Assembly: GCA_028534125.1 (NCBI GenBank)
Contig: CM052817.1
Location: 25,484,001-25,548,000, forward strand
Direction: 5' to 3'
Source of the DNA: Lama glama
Lineage: Eukaryota
DNA: 64,000 nt
The notes under the pieces were generated by a model. That model ran no database searches, had not been told where the DNA came from, and saw nothing but the letters and a program-made list of their open reading frames with translations. A program made the position numbers and the translations under genes. This document shows, in pieces, positions 38,521 through 51,664 of this stretch. Positions within the stretch are counted from its first letter, which is position 1, and every line of letters begins with the position of its first letter.

Positions 38521-40489
38521 TTAACTTAATTAAAAGAAAAAAATGGGTGAAGGGGAAGATGCTGGGGCTCACAGATTCAAGGACAGGGTGGAAGCGTGGA
38601 ACCAGGCAGGAGCTAGGCTATTTCTGGAGGTGAGGATTCCAAAACCAGTAAGCTGTCTAAAAGCAGGTTCTGGAGGCTGGGACGAAATAGAATTCTTCTC
38701 TATTTCTTTGATCCTCTGGTCAAGATTCAAATACCAGGAAGAGAGCATGTAGCTGTCCTAGCCTGGGCTGCCCAGTCACTAGCTGTGCCAGAGTCTTGGT
38801 CACTGTCTCCCAGCTCGTGGGAGAAAAGAATGCCTGAGAGGAAATAGACGGGCTTGAAACTGGGCAGCCAGAAATAAGAAATGGCCAAGACTCATACTAA
38901 CCAAGCAACCTTCTGCTTACACTATTTCTTCCTGAGGGCCTGCAGAAGAGAATGCCCACCAGCATGTGCACTTACCTGGTCAACTCAGCAATGATATTTT
39001 TCACAGAAAACTGGTGTTTGGTCTTGAGAGGCTGTCGAACTGTTACCTGCCAGAACTGTTAACCTGTGTCTGTGTAGGACCTAACTCTGCATTCCAAGTG
39101 ACAGCACTTCGTGGGGAGGGTCACCTTTGCCGCTAGCTGGTCTCCTAGAGGTTTCCTCTGAGGCCACCATTTTCCACTGGCAACACGGAGACCAGAGGAA
39201 GAGTCTAGACAGAGCAGAAAGTAGCAACAAGCAGGTTGGTGGGTATTAGATTTTCACCTTGAAAACCTAGGTAATCAGAAAAGTCTTTCTCTCACATAAC
39301 CAGCCGGGCACAGTTGGAGGTAATTTTGTGATGGGGAATAACTCAAACAGAACTTTGTTTTAAGAAAATTATTCTTTCTAGCGGGTATAGGTTGGAGAAC
39401 AGAAGGGAGAGGTTGGCCGTGGAATCTGTTTGTCTCCATAGTTGTAGTTTTTCAATCTAGAAGTGTAACCATGGGGAACCTTTTTGAAATCCGTTTCCTA
39501 CTCCCCAGAAGTCTCCCATCCAAGGCCAAAGCAAGCCTGAGCCTGCTGATCACCAGACACTAAAAGAAATCAGCTGTGTTCAGCATTACACGGTACGGCG
39601 TCAATAAAGTACATAGGGTGTGCTTCTACATCGGGGCTCCCAGACTGCGAGCTACGAATCCTCTGAGAGCCTTGGATCTGTTCCAAGAGGCCCCAAGTCT
39701 AAATACACCCCAACCGTAGTCTGAGGCCAGGTAGATAACATATCTTATGTGCCTGCACTACTCTTCCCAAAATATATGCAGAAGTGATTGGGTTTAATTC
39801 AATGCAAATTCATTTCCAAGAGTTACTAGGGTCATAATAACCATTTCTTGTCAGTGTAGATTTTTCTCAACCAATAAATATTACAAACAAAATTACTGTT
39901 AGGGCTTTACAAACTAGAGATAATATAGTACCTGTTTCACTGAACTGATGTGAGGTTTAGTTGACTAAATGCATGCAGGTGCTCAGAACAGTATTATGTT
40001 CAGTAAATTCTAACCGTTATTATAAAGCCAGCCTCATGTTTGAAAGGTGGGGACCATTCATCTAGATGATCTTTAGAACCATCCTTGTGACACTGAGTTT
40101 TACCGTCTTTATGAATTTTATGATAAATCTTGTGAAGGGGAAAGAAATATTTTGAGATCTGTTGATCCTGCAGTTTCTGATGCAGAAAAATAGCTATGGC
40201 TATTCTTCTACTCGGGTAGAAGTCATCCTTGGAAGAGGGCTCATATCTCTTTGATTGACAGCGTGGTGGAGAGAGGCCGAACTTGGAGACCTCCGGGCAC
40301 TAGTACAACCTTCATCTGTTTCCTCCAGCGATGAATAATTATAACTGCTGTCCTGTCAGCAGCTTGCCCACTGGAAAGCTCGACTGCAACTACTATAGTA
40401 ACCACAAGGTGTCGCTGTGACCCCAAGATTTCACACCAGGGCCGGTACCCGGGGGCAAGACCTCGGATCATTTTCAAAGCTTTCTTTCC

Positions 40490-40625
40490 CAGCGCTTCTG
40501 AAACCCTACTGTGCATACAAACCAGCTGGATCTGGTTAAAATGCAGATTCTAATTCAATAAGTCAGGATGGAGCCTGAAAGCCTGCATTTTTAACAAGCT
40601 CTCAGGTGATTCCGAGGCTGGCGCT
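40490..40625. mobile_element. MER5A-like hAT-Charlie element
   Basis: gttaaaatgcagattctaattcaataagtcaggatggagcctgaaagcctgcatttttaacaagctctcaggtgattc. Confidence 0.85.
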
Positions 40626-41272
40626 TTCAGCAATTCTCCATTGTTGTTTTGATGTGGGCCAGGAGTAAGAATTAGGCAGACCCGAAAAGCGGCCCCATTT
40701 TACCCTTTCGGAGGAAGTGAAGAGGGAGGGAAAAAAGAAAGAAAGAAACAACAAAAGAAAAAGAGGGCAGCTTTCTTTGAACATTCCCATCCCAGGAGCC
40801 TCCTGCAGTTCCATCCTCTGAAGAGTGATGGATGTGGCAGGTGCCCCGGTCAAGGTGAGCTGTGGAGAAGGTCAGAGTAGATCCTCCCGGTACGTTCTGA
40901 CACAAGGGCTCGTTAAAGAACTAATTGCAGAACTTGCAAAACACCAAGTGGCCCAATGCTTCAGCATACACGCCATAGCTCCCCCACTAAAAGCCAAGTC
41001 AGGCTGAGAGACCCTGGAAGCGGATTGGAGAGAGCCAACCAGAGGACTGAAGAAGTCGCCCGACCGGAAGAGACGCCGTGCTTCTGGTTACTCTTGTGTG
41101 CACAATGGGATCTATTTTAATACCGTGAACTTCTGCTTTCCTCCCCGGAAAAGCCCCTGGAGGGCAGCCAACCGAGTGAAACTGCTTCTAACCCGACTTC
41201 TGCGTGGCCCTGGCTTCAACGTTAGACGCTGCAAAAGGAGAAGTTGCAGTACAGCTGGTTCCCGCTATGCTG

Positions 41273-41274
<2 letters not shown>

Positions 41275-41339
<65 letters not shown>

Positions 41340-41556
41340 TTCCTTCCTTCCTTCCTTCCTTCCTTCCTTCCTTCCTTCCTTCCTTTCTTCCTTTCTCTCT
41401 CTTTCTTCCTTCCTTCCTTCCTTCCTTCCTTCCTTCCTTTCCTTCCTTTCCTTCCTTTTCTTTCCTTTCTTTCCTTTCTTTTTCTTTCCTTCCTCTCTCC
41501 TTTCTTTCTTTCCTCCTTCCTTCCTTCCCTTCTTTCTTTCTTCTCTCTCTTTTTTT
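41275..41556. repeat. Compound (TTTC)n-(TTCC)n polypyrimidine microsatellite
   Basis: About 280 bp of pure pyrimidine; it explains the spurious FLS/KER ORFs. Confidence 0.98.
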
Positions 41557-42273
41557 CGTTTGCTGTGATCTTCATATGTCATTTGTGTCCTTTTTATTTT
41601 CAGACCTGAAGCTGGGTTTTAAGACAGATTTAAGAATTAAAAACAAATTTCTATCTGTTCAGTTTTTATTTATATTCGTTCGGTTTAAAGCTTATCCAGC
41701 TTCCTGCTTGTAAAGTCTACGGAAGAGGTCAGCTCTAAGTCTTTTCTAAGGTTCTGACAATGGAGTTAATTTCCCCTTCCATCCTGGCCTGGGCCTTCTT
41801 ACCGGCAAACCTCCGCATCCAATTTGCATGAAAGATGCAGCAAGGTATCCTAGCTAAGCCCAAACTGGAAGAAGAGTTTGGCTGTTGGGGTGATGGTCAC
41901 CCCTCTCCTCTCCATTTATATGCATAAATTGACATGCATAGTAGGGGGAGAGTATTTGGAGAGTCACAAAGGAGGGGTGGGGAGGAGTACCGGAGGGCAT
42001 GGCACGCTGTTTCATACTCTTTTGCCTCCTGGACTGGTTTGGGGCTCCCTGGAAGGGTAGGAGTGAGTGCTAAACAAATGAATTTCATGAAAGACTCAAT
42101 GAGACTTCAGATCCCAGCAGAGCAGCTTGGGAACGCTGAGATGTTGACGCCCAGTTTGGGGTTTTTTTGTTTTTTTTTTAAATCTTGCATAACATATGTA
42201 GTTCAACTATTTGTTTCAATTCTATAAACCACACACTTGGCTTGGAGGAGTTGATTTCCTGAACTTTTTTTTT

Positions 42274-42773
42274 NNNNNNNNNNNNNNNNNNNNNNNNNNN
42301 NNNNNNNNNNNNNNNNNNNNNNNNNNNNNNNNNNNNNNNNNNNNNNNNNNNNNNNNNNNNNNNNNNNNNNNNNNNNNNNNNNNNNNNNNNNNNNNNNNNN
42401 NNNNNNNNNNNNNNNNNNNNNNNNNNNNNNNNNNNNNNNNNNNNNNNNNNNNNNNNNNNNNNNNNNNNNNNNNNNNNNNNNNNNNNNNNNNNNNNNNNNN
42501 NNNNNNNNNNNNNNNNNNNNNNNNNNNNNNNNNNNNNNNNNNNNNNNNNNNNNNNNNNNNNNNNNNNNNNNNNNNNNNNNNNNNNNNNNNNNNNNNNNNN
42601 NNNNNNNNNNNNNNNNNNNNNNNNNNNNNNNNNNNNNNNNNNNNNNNNNNNNNNNNNNNNNNNNNNNNNNNNNNNNNNNNNNNNNNNNNNNNNNNNNNNN
42701 NNNNNNNNNNNNNNNNNNNNNNNNNNNNNNNNNNNNNNNNNNNNNNNNNNNNNNNNNNNNNNNNNNNNNNNNN
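42274..42773. other. Assembly gap (500 N)
   Basis: Run of N. Confidence 1.
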
Positions 42774-43713
42774 GATGTGGGTCTTGGTGTATTTGTGGGA
42801 GACGGTGACTTACGAGTGTCCTTCTACTCAGCCATCTTCTCCGTCTCTTCCTGAACTTTTTAAAGAACAAAATATTTTAAATTTCTAACCCAGACTTCCT
42901 ATATAAATTGTAAAAGCTAAGGAAGATGATACAGTTTTATGGTCTTTGCATAATTGTGAATCCTGAACCGATCAGGTACAAAAACTGGAAAGAAAAACAC
43001 AAATTTGCCCAATTGGCTAATTATACACAATTTCACCCTCATACATTTATTATTAAGCATCAAACAATTCAGTGATTTTTCTCTAATTTTCAGAAGAATA
43101 TTATAGAAAAGAGCCCAAAAGAATGTTTGACAATGTTTTAAAAATGAGCAGAAATTTATATTTTCATGTTATAATAGTTACAGAAAAAATCCACCAGATT
43201 ATTTTGATTATACATATTTATGGTACTTTTTTTATTGGAATGAATATGCAGTGTTTTCTTCTTTCCTTAGTGCCTCTTTAATTAGGAGGGTTTCTGAGAT
43301 TGTGTACTTAGCCATAGTCACTTTTTATTAAAAAAAAAAGTTGTAGAGAGAAAAAAAAGAAATACCAGAACTGGGCAATGAGTGGGCAAGGCAAACAGAA
43401 ATCAATGTGCTCATGAACATTTCTGTCCCACTTTCCCCCTTGGGATAAGTTCTGCCCAAATTATCTTTTCTCTACGTTTGGTCAGAATCCATCAATAAAT
43501 AAGACTACATGAGAAAAAAAAAAAGTTGGCCGATGTTTTATAGATTTGGTAGTTTACAGTGTATATTTTTGTGCACCCAAATTAGTATTAAGTTGTGTTT
43601 TTGAAGGTTTACTTATCTAACAGGGTGATTTAATATGACATTAGATTTTAAATTATTAGTCATTTTTAGATAAACTATAAGCACTAGTGCAATTGTCATA
43701 TATGTTTCCAGAT

Positions 43714-44630
43714 TTTTTATTGAGGTATGATTGACATATATTACACTAGTTTCAAGTGTACAGCATACTGATTCAGTATTTGTATATATTGCAAAATGAT
43801 CACCACTGTAAGTCTAATTAACGTCTGTCACCATACACAGTTACAAAAAATTTTTTCTTGTGATGAGACTTTTTAAAATCCACCCTTTTAACCACTTTCA
43901 AATATGCCATCCGGTATTATTAACTACAGTCACCATGCTGTATTACATCCCCATGACTTGCTTTATAGCCAGAAATTTGTACCTTTTGACGCCCTTCACC
44001 CATTTCACCTACCCCCCAACCCCTGCCTCTGGCAACCACCAATCTGTTTTCTTTATCTTTGAGCTTGGTTTTTGGGTTTGGCTTTGGTTTTGTTTTAGAT
44101 TCAAAATGTAAGCGAGATCATGCCTGACTCTGCCTGACTTACTTCATTTAGTGCAGTGTCCCCAGGGTCTGTGCATGTTGTCACAAATGGCAAGATTTTA
44201 TTCCTTTTTTGTGGCTGAACTGCATAGCCATTGCATATACACCACATTTTCTTTATTCATTTATCCATCGATGGACGCTTAAGTTACTTCCAATTTTGGC
44301 AATCGTAAATAGTGCTGCAATGAATAAGGGAGCACATGTGTCTTTTCAAATTAGTGTTTTGTTTTCTTCAAATAAATACCCGGGTGTGGGGTTGCTGGGT
44401 GGTATGGTAGTTCTATTTTTAATTTTTTGAGGACCCTCTCTACTGCTTTCCATAGTGGCTACACCAGTTTACATTTCCACCCACAGACAACAAGTGTTCC
44501 CTTTCTCCACGTCCTCACCACCACTTGCTGTTTGTGGTCCTTTTGATGACAGGCAGTCTAAAGTTGTAAGAGGATATGTCATTGTGGTTTTGGTTTGCAC
44601 TTATTTCCCTGGCGATTAGTGATGTTGAGC
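43714..44630 (-). mobile_element. L1MA-like 3' portion
   Basis: ttttttattgaggtatgattgacata...ctctggcaaccaccaatctg...tttccatagtggctacaccagtttacatttccacc...gattagtgatgttgagc. Confidence 0.9.
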
Positions 44631-47540
44631 CTGTTGATTTGGCGAGACTCTGGGCCCTGGCTTTGCAGCTTTGGAATGGCGAGGTGTCGACACTCAGTTC
44701 TGAGGAGACAGATGTTGAACCTACCCCGGCGTGGAACTCAGCGTGGCTCCTCACCTTGAGATAAATGGATCTGGGCTTATTGGAGGAAAGCACCTTTGCA
44801 TGGACATTAACACCATCTAGAAGGCACCTCATTCAGCAATGTCAGTTGTGCGAAGCTCCTTCAAGGACCTTGAAAGGCCCCAGGTCTAGCCACTTGAGAT
44901 AGCTGGAGTGGACCAGACTGGTGGCACCAGATGGTGAGTGTAGCTGACAGCGTGGGGGTGCGAGCACACGCCAGGCTCCTTGGGGTCTCATAGAAGTAGT
45001 CACAGGGACCAAGAATTCGGGGTCGCTGATGTTCGTTGCCTTCTGTGTAGCCACGGGCAGTGAGGACTGGCAGCTTTGGGGTTACACACTAAATCATGAT
45101 AATTGCTCTTATGCAACAAGATACCTTCATCCAAGAACTGGGTCTAACAGGAACAATGGTTGGTTTCCAAGCTCTTGGGAGGCAGCATTCTGGACAAGAT
45201 ATGAAAGCAGGCCCTGTCATCAGACTGCCTTGGAATTCTGGCATTTACCTGTCATAAAATCTTAACTTTTTGGTACCTTGGGTACTTTGTCTGTTATATG
45301 AGAATAATAATAAAAATTTAATTCACAGATCTATGAGAATTAACAAGTAAAACTCATGACAGCCTTAGAACAGTGACTGGCCATAGACACCCAAGAAGGG
45401 TCAGCAATTTGTTTTGTTGTACACGAGACCAGGATGCTTAAAACAGCATCACGGAGACTGAGTCAACTCTTTTCTAGAAATAAAAGAACCAGGAGGAGGT
45501 CAAGGGCTGATGGGTCTCTGGATCTCCTCAGGGCTAGTGAGTCTAGGAATCCAGAGAAGGCAATGGTCCTAATGACAATCAGAGCTAACCTGGTCAAGAT
45601 TCTTCCAGCATCTTTCTCTGGCCGGTTTTTGCTCCCAGAGCCAAAGGTACTGCTGCCAGGAAGTCAAATGCTTCAGGTCCTTAGGATTAGAGACTTCCTG
45701 GGCACAACTAAATATCTAGCTTCCTCCCTGGGGAGAACAGATGTTAATAATGCATGATGTAAAATAAGAGATGCCTCTTTTTCTTTAATTGTTTTTTTTT
45801 TAAATAAAAGCCATAGGAGGGACTTCCTATAAACTTAATAGCTTGGTACTGGGATTTGCCTGTTTCAATCTGTCAGACACATCAGTCTTAGCACTGAATT
45901 TCACATCACCCATTAGCACTTGAGACAAAATCTGTCTTGCTACCAATGACTTATTTTGAAACTGAAATAAATTGGTGTGCCGCCAAGAAAGAAGAAGCAG
46001 TGTAAGTTCTGGCTGCTAAGCCGGGATCTTCTCCTTCTCAGAGCTGCCTCGAGGGTGTGTAGAGCTGCAGGAAGAGAATTTTTTTTTTTTGTAGTAAGGG
46101 CTCCTGTCTGTATAAATAATCTGATTATTAAATGTCTCAAATGGTAAGGACTTACATGCAGTATAGCGACTTCTTCACGGAGACGGGTGGAGAAGAGTTA
46201 CTTACACATTGTTCCTCGTCTAATTGGCGCATCAGAAGGTTCTTTGTAGGGTCCAAGCATCATCTCTTTTGGTTCAAATCCAGAAACCATCTTTTCAGGC
46301 ATTTTATTGTCCCATGCACTGTTCCTGGTTACTTTTGCACTTTCTACCAGGAAGAATGGTAGCAGTGCTGTAATGAATCACAAGGACCATGGCTCTTCAG
46401 AACCTGTTTCCATTGAACAGTATAGATCTTTTTGTCTCCACAGGTCCCCGATAGCATGCCTGTAATGCTGGTTGTATTATTACTCATGATGCTGCAGCAT
46501 CCGTCCATGATCTGGGCAGTACCAGGCCCTAAGAGTGTAACCATCATTACAGACATGCCCTCAGGGAACTCCAGAGGCATGGAGACCCTTCAGAAAATTC
46601 AAGGAAGTCTCTCCATAAATCTGGGGGCGAGGGAAAGGGGAAGGGGCCTGAGGTGTGGGCCATGGCAGAAGCATTATTAGTCCAGAACTTCCCCTTCTTC
46701 TCCTAAAAAGCAGATACAACAACCAGAACAGGACAGAGATGGGGGGGTAGGTATGGGAAGGGAAGTTGGAGGAAAGAATCCGTAAAACCCATTTCTGGTG
46801 ATTCATATAATCTGCAGACTCTGAAACAGTTCAGGGGCTGTCCTCAGCAAGCCCCTGGGGTGAAGCAGATCCCAACCAAAGGAAGTAAAGGGAGGAGCCA
46901 GTGAGGGGGGCTGGGCAGGGGAAACCACTCAGTGACAGCTGGTCCCAGAGAATGTAAGCAAAAATACACTTATTGAAGGTGAAGAATGCTTGCTGATGAG
47001 TAAAATCTGTGTGTCTGGTTTACAACAAACAACAAGGGCTGACACTGACGTGGGTGGCCTTGGCTGCCTGCCGGACTTCAGAAGAGGCCAGTCAATAAAG
47101 GGCCCACAAAGTATCCTTGGGAGTGGCTGTGTGCCAGGCATGTCCTGGGCAGAGGTGGAGACAACATCTGTGAGCAAACCACACAATATCTTTTCCCTAA
47201 AGGAGTTTGCATTCTAGTGGGGGAAGACAGAATAAACAAGATAAATAGAAAAATTTTACAGTAATTTAGAAGGTGGCAAATGCCATGGAGAAATAATAAG
47301 CAAGGAAGGAGCATAATGCATGCTGCCATTTTCAACTCAGTCATCAGAAAGTCATCACTGGAATGGGATTAGGGCAAAGGTAATACTGACATGTTTTGGG
47401 GAAATGTGAATGAATTTAGAATCCACTTGATTGGATTTTCTTTTGAATATTTCAAAAGAATTATTATTATAATTATTAGAATGTGCATGCATTTTTATTT
47501 ACCCTTCAACTAGCATGGATACCACTGACAAGACACATTC

Positions 47541-48077
47541 CACGTGTAAATGAATGGATAAAGGAGATGTGGTATGTATACATATACAACGTATATGCAT
47601 ATAATGGAATAGCACACAGCCATGAAAAAGACTGAAACCTTATCATTTGCAACAACAATGATGGACCTAGAGAGTATTATACTGAGTGAAATAGGTCAGA
47701 GAAAAGCAAATGCTATTTGATTTCACTTATATGTGAAATCTGAAAAACGAAACAAACTAATAAGCAAGACAAAACAGAAACAGACTCATAGTTACAGAGA
47801 ATTGGTGGTCACCAAGGATGGGTATTGGGGGGAACAGATGAAATAGGCAAAGGGAAGTAAGAGGTACAAACCTCCAGCTATAAAATAAATAAGTCCCAGG
47901 GATGTAAATTGCACAGAGGAAATAGTAACATTGCAATGACTCTGTATGTTGGTGGCTGGTAACTGGTCTTATTATGATGACATTTCATAATGTATATAAA
48001 CATTGAATCACTGTTGTACATCTGGAACTAATATAATATTGTAGTCAATTATAACTCAATAAAAAAATTTTTTTAAA
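47541..48077 (+). mobile_element. L1MA-like 3' end with TSD
   Basis: gaatggataaaggagatgtgg...gatggacctagagagtattatactgagtgaaata; TSD AAGACACA(T/G)TC at 47530-47540 and 48078-48088. Confidence 0.85.
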
Positions 48078-49039
48078 AAGACACAGTCTGAAGGCAAATA
48101 CCTCTCATTGTAAACAGAGACATGTCTGGGTGCTGTTAGGAGTTGTACTAGTCAGATGGCCCCACCCAGCCTTTCTAATATCAGCCCCAAACAGCCCCAC
48201 CTTTGCCTTTGGACAACTGTTCTACAGCAACTCCATGGCCCCCTGTCCTTTCAGAGGAGCAGTGTGTCAGCAGCTGGCTGTTAAAACAGACGTCCAGGTG
48301 CAGGCCACCTTCTAATCCACAGCCACTGGGAGTTGTCCACTGAGCTTGCCACCACCGGTGAGGACGTCAGGACGCACTATCAGACCCACTCCCTCAAGTG
48401 GCTTTTCAAGGAGCCCCATAGAGGGCTGAGATCAATGCCATCAGCACATGTTTCACAGCACAACAGGTGAAAAACAGAGCTAAAGGACCATGGAATGTTT
48501 CCCCAGCAGAGTACCAGTGATAAAGTTGTCCTCACAACCTCCACAGGAAACCAGGATCCCACTCATTCTCTATCCTTTATGTAAAGAACACATTCTGGCT
48601 TGTGGACAAAGGGCAGCTCCTTTAGGAGAAACCTTCACTGGTGAGTTACTGATAGAACAAAAGTAAGTTGTTAGGAGTGTGAATCAGGTTGTACATTCAG
48701 GATGCTTTGGCAAGTGGGGAGAGACTGCAGACGGAGTCCAGATCTCAAATAATTGTGGGCGGTATAGGCAGGATATGCAAATGACCCAACCCAGGGCTCT
48801 GATTTTGAGAATGGAGATGAAATGGTGGAGATACTGAAGCCAAATGCAAAATGTAAAAGCTACCTGATGGCATGTGAAATTCATTTCCTCTTACTTGAGC
48901 CATAACAGTCAAAACCAAACAAATTTTTGAATGGTATCTCAGTTTCTGAGAAAGGAACAGTACAATGGTTTGATAGGAAGGAATTAGGGGTTGTCCAACT
49001 GCTGAAATAAGAAGTTGCTGTGAGCTAAACCTAACGTGT

Positions 49040-49150
49040 TTTTTTTTAATTCTTATCTTTTATTGAAGTGTAGTTGATTTAAAATGCTTGTTTCAGGTGT
49101 ACAGCAAAGCGATTCAGTTATACATATACATACATATATATTTTTTCAGT
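49040..49150 (-). mobile_element. Short L1 3' tail
   Basis: tttttattgaagtgtagttgatt...ttcaggtgtacagcaaagcgattcagttatacata. Confidence 0.75.
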
Positions 49151-49199
49151 TATTTTTAAAATTGTAATAAAACATGTTTATTTTAAAAACTGTATTACT

Positions 49200-49317
49200 T
49201 GAAGGGCTATAGCTCAGTGGTAGAGCACGTGCCTGGCATGCACGAGATCCTAGGTTCAATTCCCAGTACCGACATTTAAAAAAATTTTTTAAATAAAAAT
49301 AATGAAAACCATAAATT
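49200..49317 (+). mobile_element. tRNA-derived SINE (camelid Vic-1-like)
   Basis: A box tagctcagtgg and B box ggttcaattcc in a tRNA-Ala-like body, an A-rich tail, and a 15-bp TSD AAAAA(C/T)TGTATTACT at 49185-49199 and 49318-49332. Confidence 0.85.
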
Positions 49318-50773
49318 AAAAATTGTATTACTAAATGAGAATTCTACCAGGGAATAACTCAGTCCTGGGGACTTTAGGGCTAATGTTACCTTTTTGGTAC
49401 GTTCCAAATTAATTCGTCTTTAAATGTTAGAGTCTCACACTGAGTAATTTATGCAAGATTTACAGTATCGTCATACTGCGTCAGTCTGACTCCTCCAGAA
49501 GCCATGAATCACACTAATACCAGCAGCTGCTGAGAGCCTGGGGAGAAAGGCATTCTCCCCACGCTCTGCGCTCCTTCCCTGTGGTTTCCTTGGGTTCCCC
49601 CTTCTACCAGGCGGACCAAGGCTCACCAGGAAGAAGGAAGAGAGACACTCAGCCTCAAGGCTGCTGAATTCTAGCTCCTCTGAGTAGACTGGACACTGGC
49701 CAAGTGGAAGCATAACCTGGCTTCTAGATGGACACCCAGCCTTCTCCCTATATTCTCAGGCCATCTGCAGTACAGATTTTTTAATGACTACTTGTGTGAG
49801 GAATTCATGAGACCACAAACTGTAAGGAAATGAAGTAGATGCAGACCCCAATTTCAGCCTGCTTAGGAGACTGGTTTCATTGGATCGAACAAGATGAAAT
49901 AGATGTATATGTAAGTCAAGAGCAGCCAAAGATTCGCAAATTCACCTGATTCAAGCTGTGCTCTGGAATCCTTCAGTTCTGGGCTCTCTGACTTCTCTTC
50001 CTGACTTTAGCCTGATTCTGATCTCCCTCTTCAGCTTCTCGGAATTTGCCTTCAAATTCCATTCTCTATGGAATGGAAGCCAGTTGAGTCCCTACCAAGT
50101 TCCTCTAGCTACCCCAACGTCCATTCCATAAATACTCACTGAACACCTTCTCTGAACCAGGGACTGAGCAAACCGCTGCCGATACAAGGGCAGGGGGCAG
50201 TCCGTCCTAGCCTTTGAGGCACTCATAGAAGAGTGAGAAAGGCGTATTTTGTAAACACATATAATCAGTTTGGTGATAGACATATGTCCAAACTGTTACG
50301 GAGAATAGGGGGCATCAGGTTTGCGGGGAGAAATGAGGAAGGTTTAAAATGAGTCAACATTTGAATTGTACCTGAAAGATTTGTTATTATGTAAGATTAT
50401 GGAGGATTTCCTGAACAAACCAAGGCAGGAAAGGTATTACAAGCAGGCTGATGCCAAATTCTAGGGTCTGGGGATGTGAAAGGAGATGAATACTCTGGGA
50501 AAGGGCCAATAACTTGATAGGGCTCAGTGAGAGGACGCAAGGACGTCCGAGGTGACTGGTGTCAGATCTTAAAGGAGCGTGGCATTTTCTTTCTTTATTA
50601 TGTGCGTGAGCTACAGAAATTTTCCTAGTCAGGGAAGTAACATGATGTTTGTTTCTGAAATATGATTTTCCTAAATTCAAGAGATCTTGTTTTATTTCTA
50701 TGACTTGTGAGACTGGAAGGGAAGACTCAAACAAAATAAGTAGGGCATATAGGCTTTAAAATTTATCTTTATT

Positions 50774-51076
50774 GAAAAACTACACAAATGAACTTATTTA
50801 TAAAACAGAAAAGAGACTCATAGACATAGAAAACGAACTTATGGTTACCAGTGAGGAAAGCGGGTGGGGAGGGATAAATTGGGAGTTTGGAATTAGCAGA
50901 TACAAACTACTTATATACAGAATAAATAAACAATAAGGTCCTACTGTATATCACAGGGAACTATATTCAACAGCTGTAATAACCTATAATGAAAAAGAAT
51001 CTATATATGTATAACTGAATCACTATGCTGTACACCAGAAACTAACACAACATTGTATATCATCTACTTCGATTTT
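50774..51076 (+). mobile_element. 5'-truncated L1 3' end with 16-bp TSD, just downstream of TLR10
   Basis: TSD AAAA(T/A)TTATCTTTATT at 50758-50773 and 51077-51092; body gaaaagagactcatagacatagaaaacgaacttatggttacc. Confidence 0.9.
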
Positions 51077-51099
51077 AAAAATTATCTTTATTCTTTTCT

Positions 51100-51640
51100 C
51101 TTCTTACAAAAGAAATACAGATTCATTCAAAGAAAATCCAACATCACAGAAATATGCAAAATAGAAAGCAAATGCTTCCTATAATCCCACTTCTCAGACC
51201 CAAACCACTATTAGGACACCAACGTACTGATAGACTCCTTCAGACCCTTATTTCAGTGTATAAACCCAAACATAATTTTCTCCATAACAGTAAATATATA
51301 GCCACTTCATTTTTAAAAGGCTGTATGATATTTGCCTTACACATTAATGTGCCATAATTTATTAAATCAATCCTTGCATTAATGTACCATATATTATTAA
51401 ATCAAGCCTTATTTTGTGGATATCTGAGCTGTTTCCAATTTTTCATGATTATAAACAACACTAGGACGAACACTTTTTTTATATAAATGTTTTCAATGGG
51501 TGTTTCTGTAGGATACATTCTTAGAACTCCTTCAAGGAACCGACATGAAGGAATGGTAGTTTTTCATTTTAATAGATATTGCTAATTTCCACCATAAAGG
51601 TTGTTATCAATTTATATCCTAACAGGGCATGCAGTCCCCA
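51100..51640 (-). mobile_element. Ancient L1 (L1ME/L1MC-like) remnant forming the TLR10 3'UTR region
   Basis: Degenerate L1 3'-end phrases (gtggatatctgagctgtttccaatttttcatgattataaacaacac...gtttctgtaggatacattcttagaa). Minus-strand AATAAA at 51358-51363. Confidence 0.55.
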
Positions 51641-51664
51641 GTTTCCCTAGGGGGTCATGGGATT

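Noticed and set aside
40825..41230. Possible processed pseudogene (coding-like, CpG-containing stretch)
   Set aside because: No recognisable protein similarity, poly(A) tail or TSD; a BLASTX search would be needed.
41098..41713. Long ORFs (105-169 aa) on both strands
   Set aside because: They are translations of the TTTC/TTCC microsatellite, which has no stop codons.
42178..42888. 225-230 aa ORFs
   Set aside because: They read through the N gap.
45940..46300. Cluster of GTAAGT donor-like motifs suggesting a spliced lncRNA
   Set aside because: No consistent acceptor or exon chain can be supported without transcript data.
49200..49275. Functional tRNA-Ala gene
   Set aside because: The acceptor stem is disrupted, and it has an A-rich tail and a 15-bp TSD, which indicate a SINE.
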